In this document: positions 7,772-16,165 of the stretch, piece by piece | How positions within the stretch are numbered: position 1 is the stretch's first letter | How the letters are laid out: every line of letters starts with the position of its first letter | Assembly (NCBI GenBank): GCA_040902395.1 | Contig: JBBDXH010000044.1 | Location: forward strand, 1-33,398 | Origin: Dehalococcoidia bacterium | GTDB lineage: Bacteria > Chloroflexota > Dehalococcoidia > UBA2979 | Length of the DNA stretch: 33,398 nucleotides | Reading direction: 5' to 3' | Notes under the pieces: model-generated | Seen by the model: only the letters and a program-made list of their open reading frames with translations | What the model was told of the DNA's origin: nothing | Databases searched by the model: none | Program-made: the position numbers and the translations under genes

Positions 7772-9411
7772 CGCACCGCTGGCAGCAGCCGCTGGTCGAC
7801 TATCTGTTCGTGATCGCAGAGGCCGTCGTGTGGTTCATGGCGATCTCGTTGCTCGCCACGTGGACGGAGCGCGACCTGCTCGCGCAGGTCGCAACGCGCA
7901 TCCAGGTGGAGCTGCCGCCCAGCCCCAACACGCTGCTCGTGCTGCAGGACGCGCGGGAGGCGGCCGAGAGCGTCGTCTCGGGGCCGCCGCTGGTGATCGT
8001 CGCGCTGGCCGGCATGCTCGCGTTCGGCACCATGCGCATGTTCCGGCGGCTGCGCCTCGACGGCGCGCTCGGGGCCGCCGGGATGATGGTCGCGTCCATT
8101 GTCGCCTTGAACGTGCTGCTCCACGTCACGTTCACGCGCGACGTGCTCGTCTGGCAGACGAGCGGCGCAGCCGACTTCCTCAATGCCCCGGCCGCACACT
8201 TCCCGCGCGGCATGGACCTGCAGGCGTTCGTCGCCGATCCCGGGCTCGGGCGGCCCCACGGCGGGGCGATCGTGTTCTCGTTCGTCGGGCTGCTCGCGAT
8301 GTGGACGCGCTTTCTCGTCGCCGGGCGCGCCACGGTCACCTTCGAGCGCGCCGGACGCTCGTTCACGTTCGGGTTCCTGGCAACGCTGCTGCTGGTGGTG
8401 CTCGCGAGCGTCAGCGGGGTCACAGTGCTCGCGGCATACGCCGTTCCGTACTTCGTGATCGCGGTGCTGATGCTGGCCGTCGCGCACAGCGCGCGACCTC
8501 AGGCCGGCATGGAGGACGCCCGTCGGGCGGCGCCATGGGTGATCTCCGTCGTCGGCACGATCGGGGCGCTGACGATCGCAGCGCTCATCCTCGGACTGCT
8601 CGCGCTGATCGACGCGGGGACCTGGTTCCAGTTCCTTGCCGATGCGCTCTTCCGCTTCATCGGCTGGGTGCTCGTGCTCGTGCTGACGCCGATCTTCTGG
8701 GTCGCCGAGCGCTTGCTCAGCTTCGTGCATCTCTCGCGGCCGGACGAGACGCTCGCTCCCGCGGAGCTGACGGCGCCGCTCGCCGAGCCGAACGAGACGC
8801 GCGAACGCCTCAGGCTCGCGTCCTCCGTGGTGCTCCTGATCAAAATCGCCGCGCTGAGCGCGCTGATGTACGGCGTCTTCCTCGGCATTCGCGCCCTGCT
8901 CAACCGCGGACGCGACCGCGAAGCGGAGGATTACGAAGAGGTGCGCACCGATGATGCGCCCGCCGGCGGGCTCGGCGGGCTCTTCCGCAACCTGCTGCCG
9001 CGTCGTGGCGCGCACGGCCCCGGCGGCCAGTGGATGCGCCAACAGGCGATCTACCGGCTGTTCGGCCGCACGGTGCAGGACGCGGACCTGCGCGGACTGC
9101 GCATCCGCCCGGCCGAAACGCCGCTCGAGTTCGCGAGCGTGGGCGGACGCATGCTCGACGCCGCCGCCTTTCGCCCGATCGCCGACGCGTTCGATCGCGC
9201 CCGCTACGGACGCCACTTCCCCGAGCCGTCCGCGATCGCGCCGCTCGAGCGCGCGCTCGACGAGTGGTCGGCGAGCCATCCGCCCAGCGAGGAGGTGCGG
9301 GAGCGCATCCAGGGCGCCCGCCAGCCGAGCGAGGCTCAAGAGATCGAGGCGCGCATCGTGCTGTCGCGCCGCGCCAGCCGCGGCGACGAGAACGCGCGCC
9401 GCCTGCTCTAG
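7768..9411 (+). CDS. Polytopic membrane protein with C-terminal DUF4129 domain (no transglutaminase core)
   Basis: GTG 7768 overlaps the DUF58 stop (GTGA). Multiple hydrophobic segments. C-terminal ...RPAETPLEFASVGGRMLDAAAFRPIADAFDRARYGRHF is the DUF4129 signature. The 547-aa product contains no cysteine. Confidence 0.8.
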   Translation: MTHRWQQPLVDYLFVIAEAVVWFMAISLLATWTERDLLAQVATRIQVELPPSPNTLLVLQDAREAAESVVSGPPLVIVALAGMLAFGTMRMFRRLRLDGALGAAGMMVASIVALNVLLHVTFTRDVLVWQTSGAADFLNAPAAHFPRGMDLQAFVADPGLGRPHGGAIVFSFVGLLAMWTRFLVAGRATVTFERAGRSFTFGFLATLLLVVLASVSGVTVLAAYAVPYFVIAVLMLAVAHSARPQAGMEDARRAAPWVISVVGTIGALTIAALILGLLALIDAGTWFQFLADALFRFIGWVLVLVLTPIFWVAERLLSFVHLSRPDETLAPAELTAPLAEPNETRERLRLASSVVLLIKIAALSALMYGVFLGIRALLNRGRDREAEDYEEVRTDDAPAGGLGGLFRNLLPRRGAHGPGGQWMRQQAIYRLFGRTVQDADLRGLRIRPAETPLEFASVGGRMLDAAAFRPIADAFDRARYGRHFPEPSAIAPLERALDEWSASHPPSEEVRERIQGARQPSEAQEIEARIVLSRRASRGDENARRLL

Positions 9412-9438
9412 CAGGCGGCGGACCGGCTCGCGGATCGG

Positions 9439-10170
9439 CTACAGGCTCTGCGCCATTGCGACCGCCGCGGCCATCAGTTCGGCGTTGCCTGGTGTCAGCG
9501 TGCCGTCGGGGAGTTCGAGTGTGTCCTCGAGGCCGATGCGGGTCTGCAGCCCGCGCGATAGCGCGTCGCGGAGCACCGGCCACGCCGCGGGGCCACCGCC
9601 GTGCAGCAGTCGCGGGGCGGAGGCGCCCGCCTCGTCGAGCACGGCCTCCATCGCGCGCGCGAGCGCGATCGCCGCGCCCGGCTCCCGCTCGCGCGGCTCG
9701 AGCAGCACGCGCGTGCAGTGCGTGTGCAGGCCGGACGCAACGAGGGTCCGTGCGTCGTCCACCGTCCACAGGCCGGCCTCGACGCCGACGCCGCGTTCGA
9801 GCAGCAGGTGAGCGAACTCGGCGGCGCCGTCCTCCGAGAAGTTCACGGACGCGAAGTCCGGGAGCTCCGTCCAGCCACGCGCCAGCTCGAGCCGGCGATC
9901 GAGGTCGCGCTCGATCCACGCACCGGTCGTGATCCCCACGGCGAGGCCGGGCCGGCGCGCGCGGATGGCAAGCAGCGTTCCGGCGATGTGGGCGCCCTCC
10001 ATGGTCTGCGCGCCGCTGCCGTCGCGAACGTGGACGTGCACCGCGGCGGCGCCCGCCGCGACCACGCGCTCCGCGTCCGCGGCGAGCTGGTCGGGGGAGA
10101 GCGGGAGCGCGGGGTGGTCACCGGGCCGGCGCGATCCGTTGAGGCAGCCCTTGATCCAGTAGTCGGTCAT
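9439..10170 (-). CDS. BKACE family enzyme (3-keto-5-aminohexanoate cleavage enzyme-like, DUF849)
   Basis: MTDYWIKGCLNGSR..., HVHVRD (His-x-His Zn ligands) and RIGLEDT (Glu ligand) match the BKACE TIM-barrel pattern. ATG 10170 overlaps the upstream gene stop (ATGA). The 586-aa ORF in the track is a GC-driven upstream extension. Confidence 0.8.
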   Translation of the reverse strand: MTDYWIKGCLNGSRRPGDHPALPLSPDQLAADAERVVAAGAAAVHVHVRDGSGAQTMEGAHIAGTLLAIRARRPGLAVGITTGAWIERDLDRRLELARGWTELPDFASVNFSEDGAAEFAHLLLERGVGVEAGLWTVDDARTLVASGLHTHCTRVLLEPREREPGAAIALARAMEAVLDEAGASAPRLLHGGGPAAWPVLRDALSRGLQTRIGLEDTLELPDGTLTPGNAELMAAAVAMAQSL

Positions 10171-10919
10171 CGCTCCTGCCTCCCCTCGTGCTCCGGCCGG
10201 AGCACCGCGATCCCGTCGTCGAAGCGCAATGTCCCGGCGCGGTCGTAGCGATCGGCCTGCGCGCAGAGCTCGATGTCCGCATCGAAGCCGCGCGCGATCA
10301 GCCGGCGACCGTGGCCCGTCGCGCGGAGGGCACCGGCGAACTCGGCGGCGACCGCGCGGTAATCGGCCAGCGCTGAGGCGGCCTGCGCGGTGGGCTCCGC
10401 GCCGGCGGCGACCAGCCGCTCGACGAGCAGGCCGGCGGCCAGCCGGTCGTCGTCCGAGCGCAGGCCGGCGGTGCCTGCGCAGACCACGAGCACGTCGTGC
10501 CCGGCGGCCAGCGCGAGGCGCGTCGCAGCGCCGGCGTTCAGCGGCGCAGCCGCGATCACGAGCGGCGCGCGGGCGCAGCCGAGCAGTGCCGGCGTCCCGT
10601 TGGTCGTCGCGACCACGGCACGGTGCGCGGGCAGGGCGTCCATGCGCGCGAACTCGCCAGGCGAGTTGCCAAAGTCGTACCCGACCGGCGGGAGCGCGTC
10701 CACCTCGCCGCAGAGCATGGGGACCGCGCCGCCCGGCTCGCCGGACAGCCGCGCGCGCAGCGCGCGTCCGTCTTCGATCGTCGCCGCCGGATACACGGCC
10801 GCGATGCCGCGACCGAAGAGCACCGCCATCACCGACGTCGCGCGCAGCACGTCGACCACCAGGCAGGTCTCGGCGGTCGGTGACTCCCTGGGAGGCAACA
10901 GTGCGATGTCGACGCGCAT
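10167..10919 (-). CDS. 2-phosphosulfolactate phosphatase (ComB) family protein
   Basis: LVVDVLRATSVM..., GYDFGNSPGEF, VATTNGT and DDDRLAAG motifs typical of the ComB family. 250 aa. Confidence 0.8.
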   Translation of the reverse strand: MRVDIALLPPRESPTAETCLVVDVLRATSVMAVLFGRGIAAVYPAATIEDGRALRARLSGEPGGAVPMLCGEVDALPPVGYDFGNSPGEFARMDALPAHRAVVATTNGTPALLGCARAPLVIAAAPLNAGAATRLALAAGHDVLVVCAGTAGLRSDDDRLAAGLLVERLVAAGAEPTAQAASALADYRAVAAEFAGALRATGHGRRLIARGFDADIELCAQADRYDRAGTLRFDDGIAVLRPEHEGRQER

Positions 10920-11027
10920 TCGCGGGAGTGTAGGCGCTGCTCGGGAATGCCCGGGCGAGAACTGGCGCCGAAGTCACCCAATCCCTAGATTCGATCGTGC
11001 GCGCCGGGCGGGGCGCACGGAGGCACG

Positions 11028-11870
11028 ATGAACGCCACCGTCGGCATCTTCGACTCCGGCGTCGGCGGCCTCTCCGTTGCTGCCGCGCTCCACCGCATGC
11101 GTCCCGCGCTCCCGATCCGATACGTCGCCGATACGGCGTTCTTTCCGTACGGACAGCGCTCGGTCGAAGAGATCGCCGCCCGCGCGGCGGAGATCGCACG
11201 CGCGCTGATCGACGACGGCTGCACGCTGCTCGTCGTGGCGTGCAACACGGCGTCTTCGGCCGCGCTCGAGGCGCTGCGCTCGATGTTCGTGATCCCGATC
11301 GTGGGGATGGAGCCGCCGCTCAAGCCCGCCGTCGAGCGCAGCCGCGGCGGCCGCGTCGTCGTGCTCGCGACGCCCGGGACCTCCTCGGGTGAGCGGCTCG
11401 CGCGCCTGCGCGTGAACCACGGCGGTGGCGCGCACGTCACCGTGCTGCCGATGCCCGGCCTCGCGGACCTCGTCGAGGAGGGCGTGATCTCAGGAGCGCG
11501 CGTGGACGGCGCGCTGCGCGAGGCCCTCGACCCCCAGCTGCGCGACGGCATCGATGCGGTCGCGCTGGGGTGTACGCATTACGGATTCCTGCGCGCCGCG
11601 ATCGAAGCGATCGTGCCGCGCACGGTGCATGTGATCGACGCCGCCGAGCCGGTCGCGCGACGCGTCGTCTCGCTGCTCACCGACGCCGGCGGCGACCCCG
11701 GCCCGGACGGGGTCGAGTCCGAGGTGCTCTGTTACGCTACCGGCGACGCCGGCCGGTTCGCGGCGTCGCTCGAGCGCCTGCGGGAGGCGGGCGCGGATCT
11801 GCCCCCGCTGCGGATCGCCGCACAACCGTCGTTTACCAGTGCGGACATCTCCCCCGGGAGTCGCATATGA
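11028..11870 (+). CDS. murI: Glutamate racemase
   Basis: VGIFDSGVGGLSV..., YVADTAFFPYG, LLVVACNTASS (first catalytic Cys), ALGCTHYGFL (second catalytic Cys). Confidence 0.95.
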   Translation: MNATVGIFDSGVGGLSVAAALHRMRPALPIRYVADTAFFPYGQRSVEEIAARAAEIARALIDDGCTLLVVACNTASSAALEALRSMFVIPIVGMEPPLKPAVERSRGGRVVVLATPGTSSGERLARLRVNHGGGAHVTVLPMPGLADLVEEGVISGARVDGALREALDPQLRDGIDAVALGCTHYGFLRAAIEAIVPRTVHVIDAAEPVARRVVSLLTDAGGDPGPDGVESEVLCYATGDAGRFAASLERLREAGADLPPLRIAAQPSFTSADISPGSRI

Positions 11871-12730
11871 CCAGCACCGAGCATCGCGCTGCCGCGCAGC
11901 CCGCGCTCCACGGTTTTCGCGCGAAATACGAAGCGGCGGCGACACGCAATCATTCGCTGCTCTGCGTCGGGCTCGATCCGGATCCCGATCAGATCCCCGA
12001 CGGCGTGGACGTCGCGGACTTCCTCGCCGCGATCGTCGAGGCCACGGCCGACCTGGTGTGCTGCTACAAGCCGAACATCGCCTTCTTCGAGCCCGACCTC
12101 GGTGCCGGCCTCGAGCGCCTTCGCCGCCTGATCGCAGACGTGCCGGATGGCGTGCCGGTGCTGCTGGATGCGAAGCGTGGCGACGTCGGCCACACCGCGA
12201 CGTTCTACGCACGCGCCGTCTTCGACGCACTCGGTGCGGATGCCGTGACCGCGAACGGGTACCTCGGCCGCGACGCGGTCGCGCCGTTCATCGAGCGTGC
12301 CGACCGCGCGACGTTCCTGCTCGTGCGCACGTCGAATCCGGGCGCGCGCGATCTCCAGGACCTGCGCCTGGCCGACGGGCGTGCGCTGTACGAGCACGTC
12401 GCGGGGCTCGCCGCCGAGTGGAATCGCGAGCACGGAAACGTGGGGCTCGTCGTGGGCGCGACCTACCCCGACCAAGCGCGCCGCATCCGCGAGATCTGCC
12501 CCGACCAGCCCATGCTGATGCCCGGCATCGGCCCACAGGCGGGCGACCTCGAGGCGGCGGTGCGCGCCGGCATCGACGCGCGCGGGGGCGGGATTCTCGT
12601 GAACGCCTCGCGCGGGGTGATGTACGCAGGCGCGGGCGTCGGCGCTCGCGCGCTCGGCGACTGGGCGCGCGCGGCGCGGACCGCCGCGCAGCAGCTGCGC
12701 GAGGCGATGAACCGCGCCCGCGGCGCGTGA
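11867..12730 (+). CDS. pyrF: Orotidine 5'-phosphate decarboxylase (type 2)
   Basis: ATG 11867 overlaps the murI stop (ATGA). LLCVGLDPD..., CYKPNIAFFE, VLLDAKRGDVGHTA, LLVRTSNPG, LMPGIGPQ motifs of long-form PyrF. Confidence 0.92.
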   Translation: MTSTEHRAAAQPALHGFRAKYEAAATRNHSLLCVGLDPDPDQIPDGVDVADFLAAIVEATADLVCCYKPNIAFFEPDLGAGLERLRRLIADVPDGVPVLLDAKRGDVGHTATFYARAVFDALGADAVTANGYLGRDAVAPFIERADRATFLLVRTSNPGARDLQDLRLADGRALYEHVAGLAAEWNREHGNVGLVVGATYPDQARRIREICPDQPMLMPGIGPQAGDLEAAVRAGIDARGGGILVNASRGVMYAGAGVGARALGDWARAARTAAQQLREAMNRARGA

Positions 12731-12735
12731 GCGCG

Positions 12736-12972
12736 ATGCTCGACCTGCGCATGGGCGACGTGTTCCGCATGCGGCGGAGGCATCCGTGCGGCGGCTTCGA
12801 CTGGGAGATCGTGCGCCTGGGGGCCGACGTTGGGCTGCGCTGCCGCACATGCGCGCGGCGCGTGCTCATGGAGCGCAGTACGCTCGCTCGCAGGGCACAA
12901 CGCCTGATCGAGCGCGGGCCCGCACTCGACCCTGCGATCGAGCAGGCGCTCTGGGGCAAGTCTCCGGGCTGA
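12736..12972 (+). CDS. DUF951 family small zinc-ribbon-like protein
   Basis: MGDVFRMRRRHPCGGFDWEIVRLGADVGLRCRTCARRVLMERS matches the conserved DUF951 pattern (HPCG...W...R.GaD...C..C). Starts 5 nt after pyrF. Confidence 0.8.
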   Translation: MLDLRMGDVFRMRRRHPCGGFDWEIVRLGADVGLRCRTCARRVLMERSTLARRAQRLIERGPALDPAIEQALWGKSPG

Positions 12973-13006
12973 GGCAGACGCAACGAGGCGGGAAGCTCGC
13001 GATTCG

Positions 13007-13036
13007 TTGACTCGCGATCCGGGCGACTTCTACACT
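13007..13036 (+). promoter_or_regulatory. Candidate sigma-70-type promoter for the nuclease gene
   Basis: TTGACT (13007-13012), 18-nt spacer, TACACT (13031-13036). GGTGGGGG RBS 8 nt before GTG 13078. Confidence 0.4.
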
Positions 13037-13077
13037 CGATTCGCTCCCGGCTTCAGTTCGCCGGTGGGGGACATTCG

Positions 13078-13611
13078 GTGATTGAACTCGTGATCGACAG
13101 CATTCGCGTCGGGTTGCGGCACTACCGGCGCGTGGTGGTGCTGAAGGAGAAGGATGCCGAGCGCTTCCTCACGATCTGGATCGGCGCGGACGTCGCCGAC
13201 GCGATCGCGCTCAAGCTCCAGAACGTCGCGGTGCCCCGGCCGCAAACGCACGATCTGCTGTTCAACGCGATCGGAGAGATGGGCGGAGTGGTCAAGTCCG
13301 TGATCGTCAACGACCTGAAGGACGACACCTTCTTCGCCCAGGTGATCGTCGAGCAGAACGGCCGGACGGTCGAGATCGACGCGCGTCCGTCCGATGCGAT
13401 CGCGCTGGCGGTGCGCGCCGAGGTCCCGATCTATGCGGCGGAGGACGTACTCGAACGCGCCGGCATCATGCTCGACGACGATGGGCAGGCGATCGAAGGG
13501 CAGGACCGCGAGCGTCCGCCCGCGCCGACGGCCGAAGAACTCGAGAAGCTCGCGGCCTTCCGCGACTTCGTCGCCGGTCTCGATCTGGACGATCTCGGCA
13601 AGAGCGACTAG
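13078..13611 (+). CDS. Bifunctional nuclease family protein (DUF151/BFN)
   Basis: VVVLKEKDAERFLTIWIGADVADAIALKLQ...PRPQTHDLL...IDARPSDAIALAVRAEVPIY is the conserved BFN core. Acidic C-terminal tail. Confidence 0.9.
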   Translation: MIELVIDSIRVGLRHYRRVVVLKEKDAERFLTIWIGADVADAIALKLQNVAVPRPQTHDLLFNAIGEMGGVVKSVIVNDLKDDTFFAQVIVEQNGRTVEIDARPSDAIALAVRAEVPIYAAEDVLERAGIMLDDDGQAIEGQDRERPPAPTAEELEKLAAFRDFVAGLDLDDLGKSD

Positions 13612-13692
13612 CTGCGCCGCCCCTCGCGGAGCGACATGTGAGCCAGTAGCACGGGCGGGGTTCTGCCGTCCGTCGGTCGCCGCTGGAAGCAT

Positions 13693-13710
13693 TTGTGCAT
13701 GCGCTCACAA
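13693..13710. promoter_or_regulatory. Candidate Rex operator (ROP) at the atp operon promoter
   Basis: TTGTGCA-TGCG-CTCACAA matches the TTGTGAA-N4-TTCACAA Rex consensus at 12 of 14 specified positions, with correct half-site spacing. It lies 4 nt upstream of the putative -35. A rex gene is at 29741-30433. Confidence 0.5.
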
Positions 13711-13714
13711 GGGG

Positions 13715-13743
13715 TTGTTTCACCGGTCGGCGCATGCTAGCCT
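13715..13743 (+). promoter_or_regulatory. Candidate atp operon promoter
   Basis: TTGTTT (13715-13720), 17-nt spacer, TAGCCT (13738-13743). Located 38 nt upstream of the AtpZ-like start. Confidence 0.35.
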
Positions 13744-13780
13744 CCCGTCGGCTTCGCAGCCTGAAAGGGCATGTGTGGCC

Positions 13781-13993
13781 ATGTGGAACTCTCCAGCGTT
13801 CGGATTACTCGGGATCGGGAGCTATCTCGCAACCTCCATCGTGGGGCTGACGCTGGTTGGCGTTTGGCTCGACGGAAGGTTCGGCACGCGTCCGACACTG
13901 ACGTTGGTGTTCCTCGTCCTGGGACTCGCTCTGGGGTTCTACGGCGCATATCGGCAGCTTCGGGAATTGATCGAGCGCACCCGTCAGGGTTGA
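13781..13993 (+). CDS. AtpZ/AtpI family small membrane protein (ATP synthase protein I-like)
   Basis: 70 aa with two predicted TM helices (FGLLGIGSYLATSIVGLTLVGVWLD and TLTLVFLVLGLALGFYGAY). Position is immediately upstream of atpB. Confidence 0.7.
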   Translation: MWNSPAFGLLGIGSYLATSIVGLTLVGVWLDGRFGTRPTLTLVFLVLGLALGFYGAYRQLRELIERTRQG

Positions 13994-14010
13994 CCGCGGA
14001 AGGGTCGTCG

Positions 14011-15009
14011 ATGCGCCTGCCGATCATTCTGCTCGGGGTCATCGTCCTGATGGTTCTCGGCTTTGTCTTCGTCGGCGGGGCATCTCCCTTCATCTCGGTC
14101 GCGCCGGAGGTCGTCTTTCACGCCGGCCCGCTGGCCATCACGAACACGATGTTCACGTCGTGGATCGTCGTGATCGTGCTCATCGCGATCGCGTTCATCG
14201 CCGGTCGCGGCGCGAAGGTGGTGCCGAGCGGATTCAGTGGCGCTGTGGAAGCCGTAATCGTTGTCTTCTACGACATCGTCGTCGGCGTAGCCGGCGAGAA
14301 GAACGGCCGACGCTTCTTCCCCGTCATCGCCACCATCTTCTTCTTCGTGCTCGTGTCGAATTACATGGGCCTGCTGCCGATCAACAACGTGATCGGGAAG
14401 CCCGAGCCCAACCACGGGGTGAAGCAGGCGGTGCTCGAGCAGAGCACGATCGCCGGCATCGACATCGCGTACATCCCGTTGAAGCCCAGCACGGTGGACA
14501 CGGGCGCCGGCGAACCGCCGATCATCGCGGCGGAGGCGGGCGATACGTTTTCAGGCGTGATCGCGCCGTACTTGCGCTCCGTGATGACGGACGTGAACGC
14601 GCCATTGGCAATCGCGATCTGGTCGTTCATCTTCGTGGAATTCTGGGGAATCACTGCGGTGGGCGTTTCCTACTTCACGAAGTTCTTTAACTTCGGGCGG
14701 CTGATACGGTTCAGTCCGATGGGTGTGATCGACGTGTTCGTCGGTCTGCTCGAACTGGTGTCGGAGTTGTCACGCACGGTGTCGTTCACCTTCCGTCTGT
14801 TCGGCAACGTGTTCGCCGGTGAAGTGCTGCTCTTGATGGGCATGTTCCTGGTGCCGTTTGTGCTCGTAGATGTCTTCTACGGACTCGAGTTGTTCGTCGG
14901 TCTGATCCAGGCGTTCGTGTTCGCGATGCTGACGCTGGTATTCGCCCAGACGGCCGTGACGTTCTCGCACGGCAACGGGCATGGTGAGGAGCACAGCGCG
15001 GGGCACTAG
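14011..15009 (+). CDS. atpB: F0F1 ATP synthase subunit a
   Basis: VLVSNYMGLLP, TDVNAPLAIA, and the essential Arg motif SFTFRLFGNVFAGE, followed by LIQAFVFAMLTLVF. 332 aa, long because of a loop insertion (see findings). Confidence 0.95.
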   Translation: MRLPIILLGVIVLMVLGFVFVGGASPFISVAPEVVFHAGPLAITNTMFTSWIVVIVLIAIAFIAGRGAKVVPSGFSGAVEAVIVVFYDIVVGVAGEKNGRRFFPVIATIFFFVLVSNYMGLLPINNVIGKPEPNHGVKQAVLEQSTIAGIDIAYIPLKPSTVDTGAGEPPIIAAEAGDTFSGVIAPYLRSVMTDVNAPLAIAIWSFIFVEFWGITAVGVSYFTKFFNFGRLIRFSPMGVIDVFVGLLELVSELSRTVSFTFRLFGNVFAGEVLLLMGMFLVPFVLVDVFYGLELFVGLIQAFVFAMLTLVFAQTAVTFSHGNGHGEEHSAGH

Positions 15010-15426
<417 letters not shown>

Positions 15427-15533
15427 TCGACGGCCACGTCGACGGCGTTCCGGGCATCACGGGGCGGCTCGCCATGTGCGGGCCGCCCACGCCGGGAAGC
15501 CCGGCGCGAAGCGAAGGAGCGGGGGACATCGTG

Positions 15534-16142
15534 ATGAAGCAGCTGCGTCATCCGCGCCTCGTCGCCGCGTCCGCCGCGATCCTCGCGGCGCTCGTGCCCG
15601 CGGTCGCGGGGGCGACCGAGGCGGCGGAGGAGTCCGGCGGTATCGCCGCGCTCGGGTTCAACCTGCCGGGCCTGATCGCCCAGTTCGTGAACTTCCTGAT
15701 CCTGCTGATCGTGCTGCGGCTCTTCCTCTACAAGCCGATCCTGCGCATCCTCGATCAGCGCAAGCAGCGCATCGCGGAAGGGCTCGCGCGCTCCGAACAG
15801 GCCGCGTCTCAGGCCGCGGCGAGCGAGGACGAAGCGCGACGCGCGATGGAGCAGGCCCGCGCCGAGGCGCGGGAGCTCGTGCAGCGCTCGCAGGAGACGG
15901 CGAGCCGGCTGCGCGGCGAACTCGAGCAGCAGGCGCGCACCGATGCGCAGCAGATCGTGGACCGCGCGCGTGCGGACATCGCGCTCGAGCGCGAGCAGGC
16001 CATCCAGCAGCTGCGCACGGAGTTCGCAGCGCTGACCATGCTGGCGGCCGAACGCGTGATCGGCCAATCGCTCGACGGCCAGGCGCACCAGCGGCTGATC
16101 GACGAGGTGATCGTCGAGAGCGCGTTCGGCCAGCCCAACTGA
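15534..16142 (+). CDS. atpF: F0F1 ATP synthase subunit b
   Basis: GAAGGAG RBS. TM helix LIAQFVNFLILLIVLRLFLYKPI, then a long Ala/Glu/Arg/Gln coiled coil. GTG 15531 is an alternative start. Confidence 0.9.
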   Translation: MKQLRHPRLVAASAAILAALVPAVAGATEAAEESGGIAALGFNLPGLIAQFVNFLILLIVLRLFLYKPILRILDQRKQRIAEGLARSEQAASQAAASEDEARRAMEQARAEARELVQRSQETASRLRGELEQQARTDAQQIVDRARADIALEREQAIQQLRTEFAALTMLAAERVIGQSLDGQAHQRLIDEVIVESAFGQPN

Positions 16143-16165
16143 TTCGCAGGAGCTGAGGAGCGTCC

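Noticed and set aside
7768-9411. Annotating the third MoxR-module gene as a transglutaminase (TgpA-like)
   Set aside because: The product contains no cysteine, so a Cys-His-Asp transglutaminase core is impossible. Only the DUF4129 tail and TM segments are supported.
9439-11199. 586-aa ORF spanning the BKACE gene, the ComB-like region and into murI
   Set aside because: Only the C-terminal 243 aa (from ATG 10170) look like a real protein (BKACE). The upstream part is an Arg-rich shadow frame overlapping the genuine ComB-like gene, which is in another frame, and the divergent promoter region.
11570-12972. Extended ORFs 11570-12730 (386 aa) and 11839-12972 (377 aa) as long forms of pyrF and DUF951
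   Set aside because: The N-terminal extensions overlap murI or pyrF in other frames and are Arg-rich nonsense. Conserved protein sequence begins at ATG 11867 (PyrF) and ATG 12736 (DUF951).
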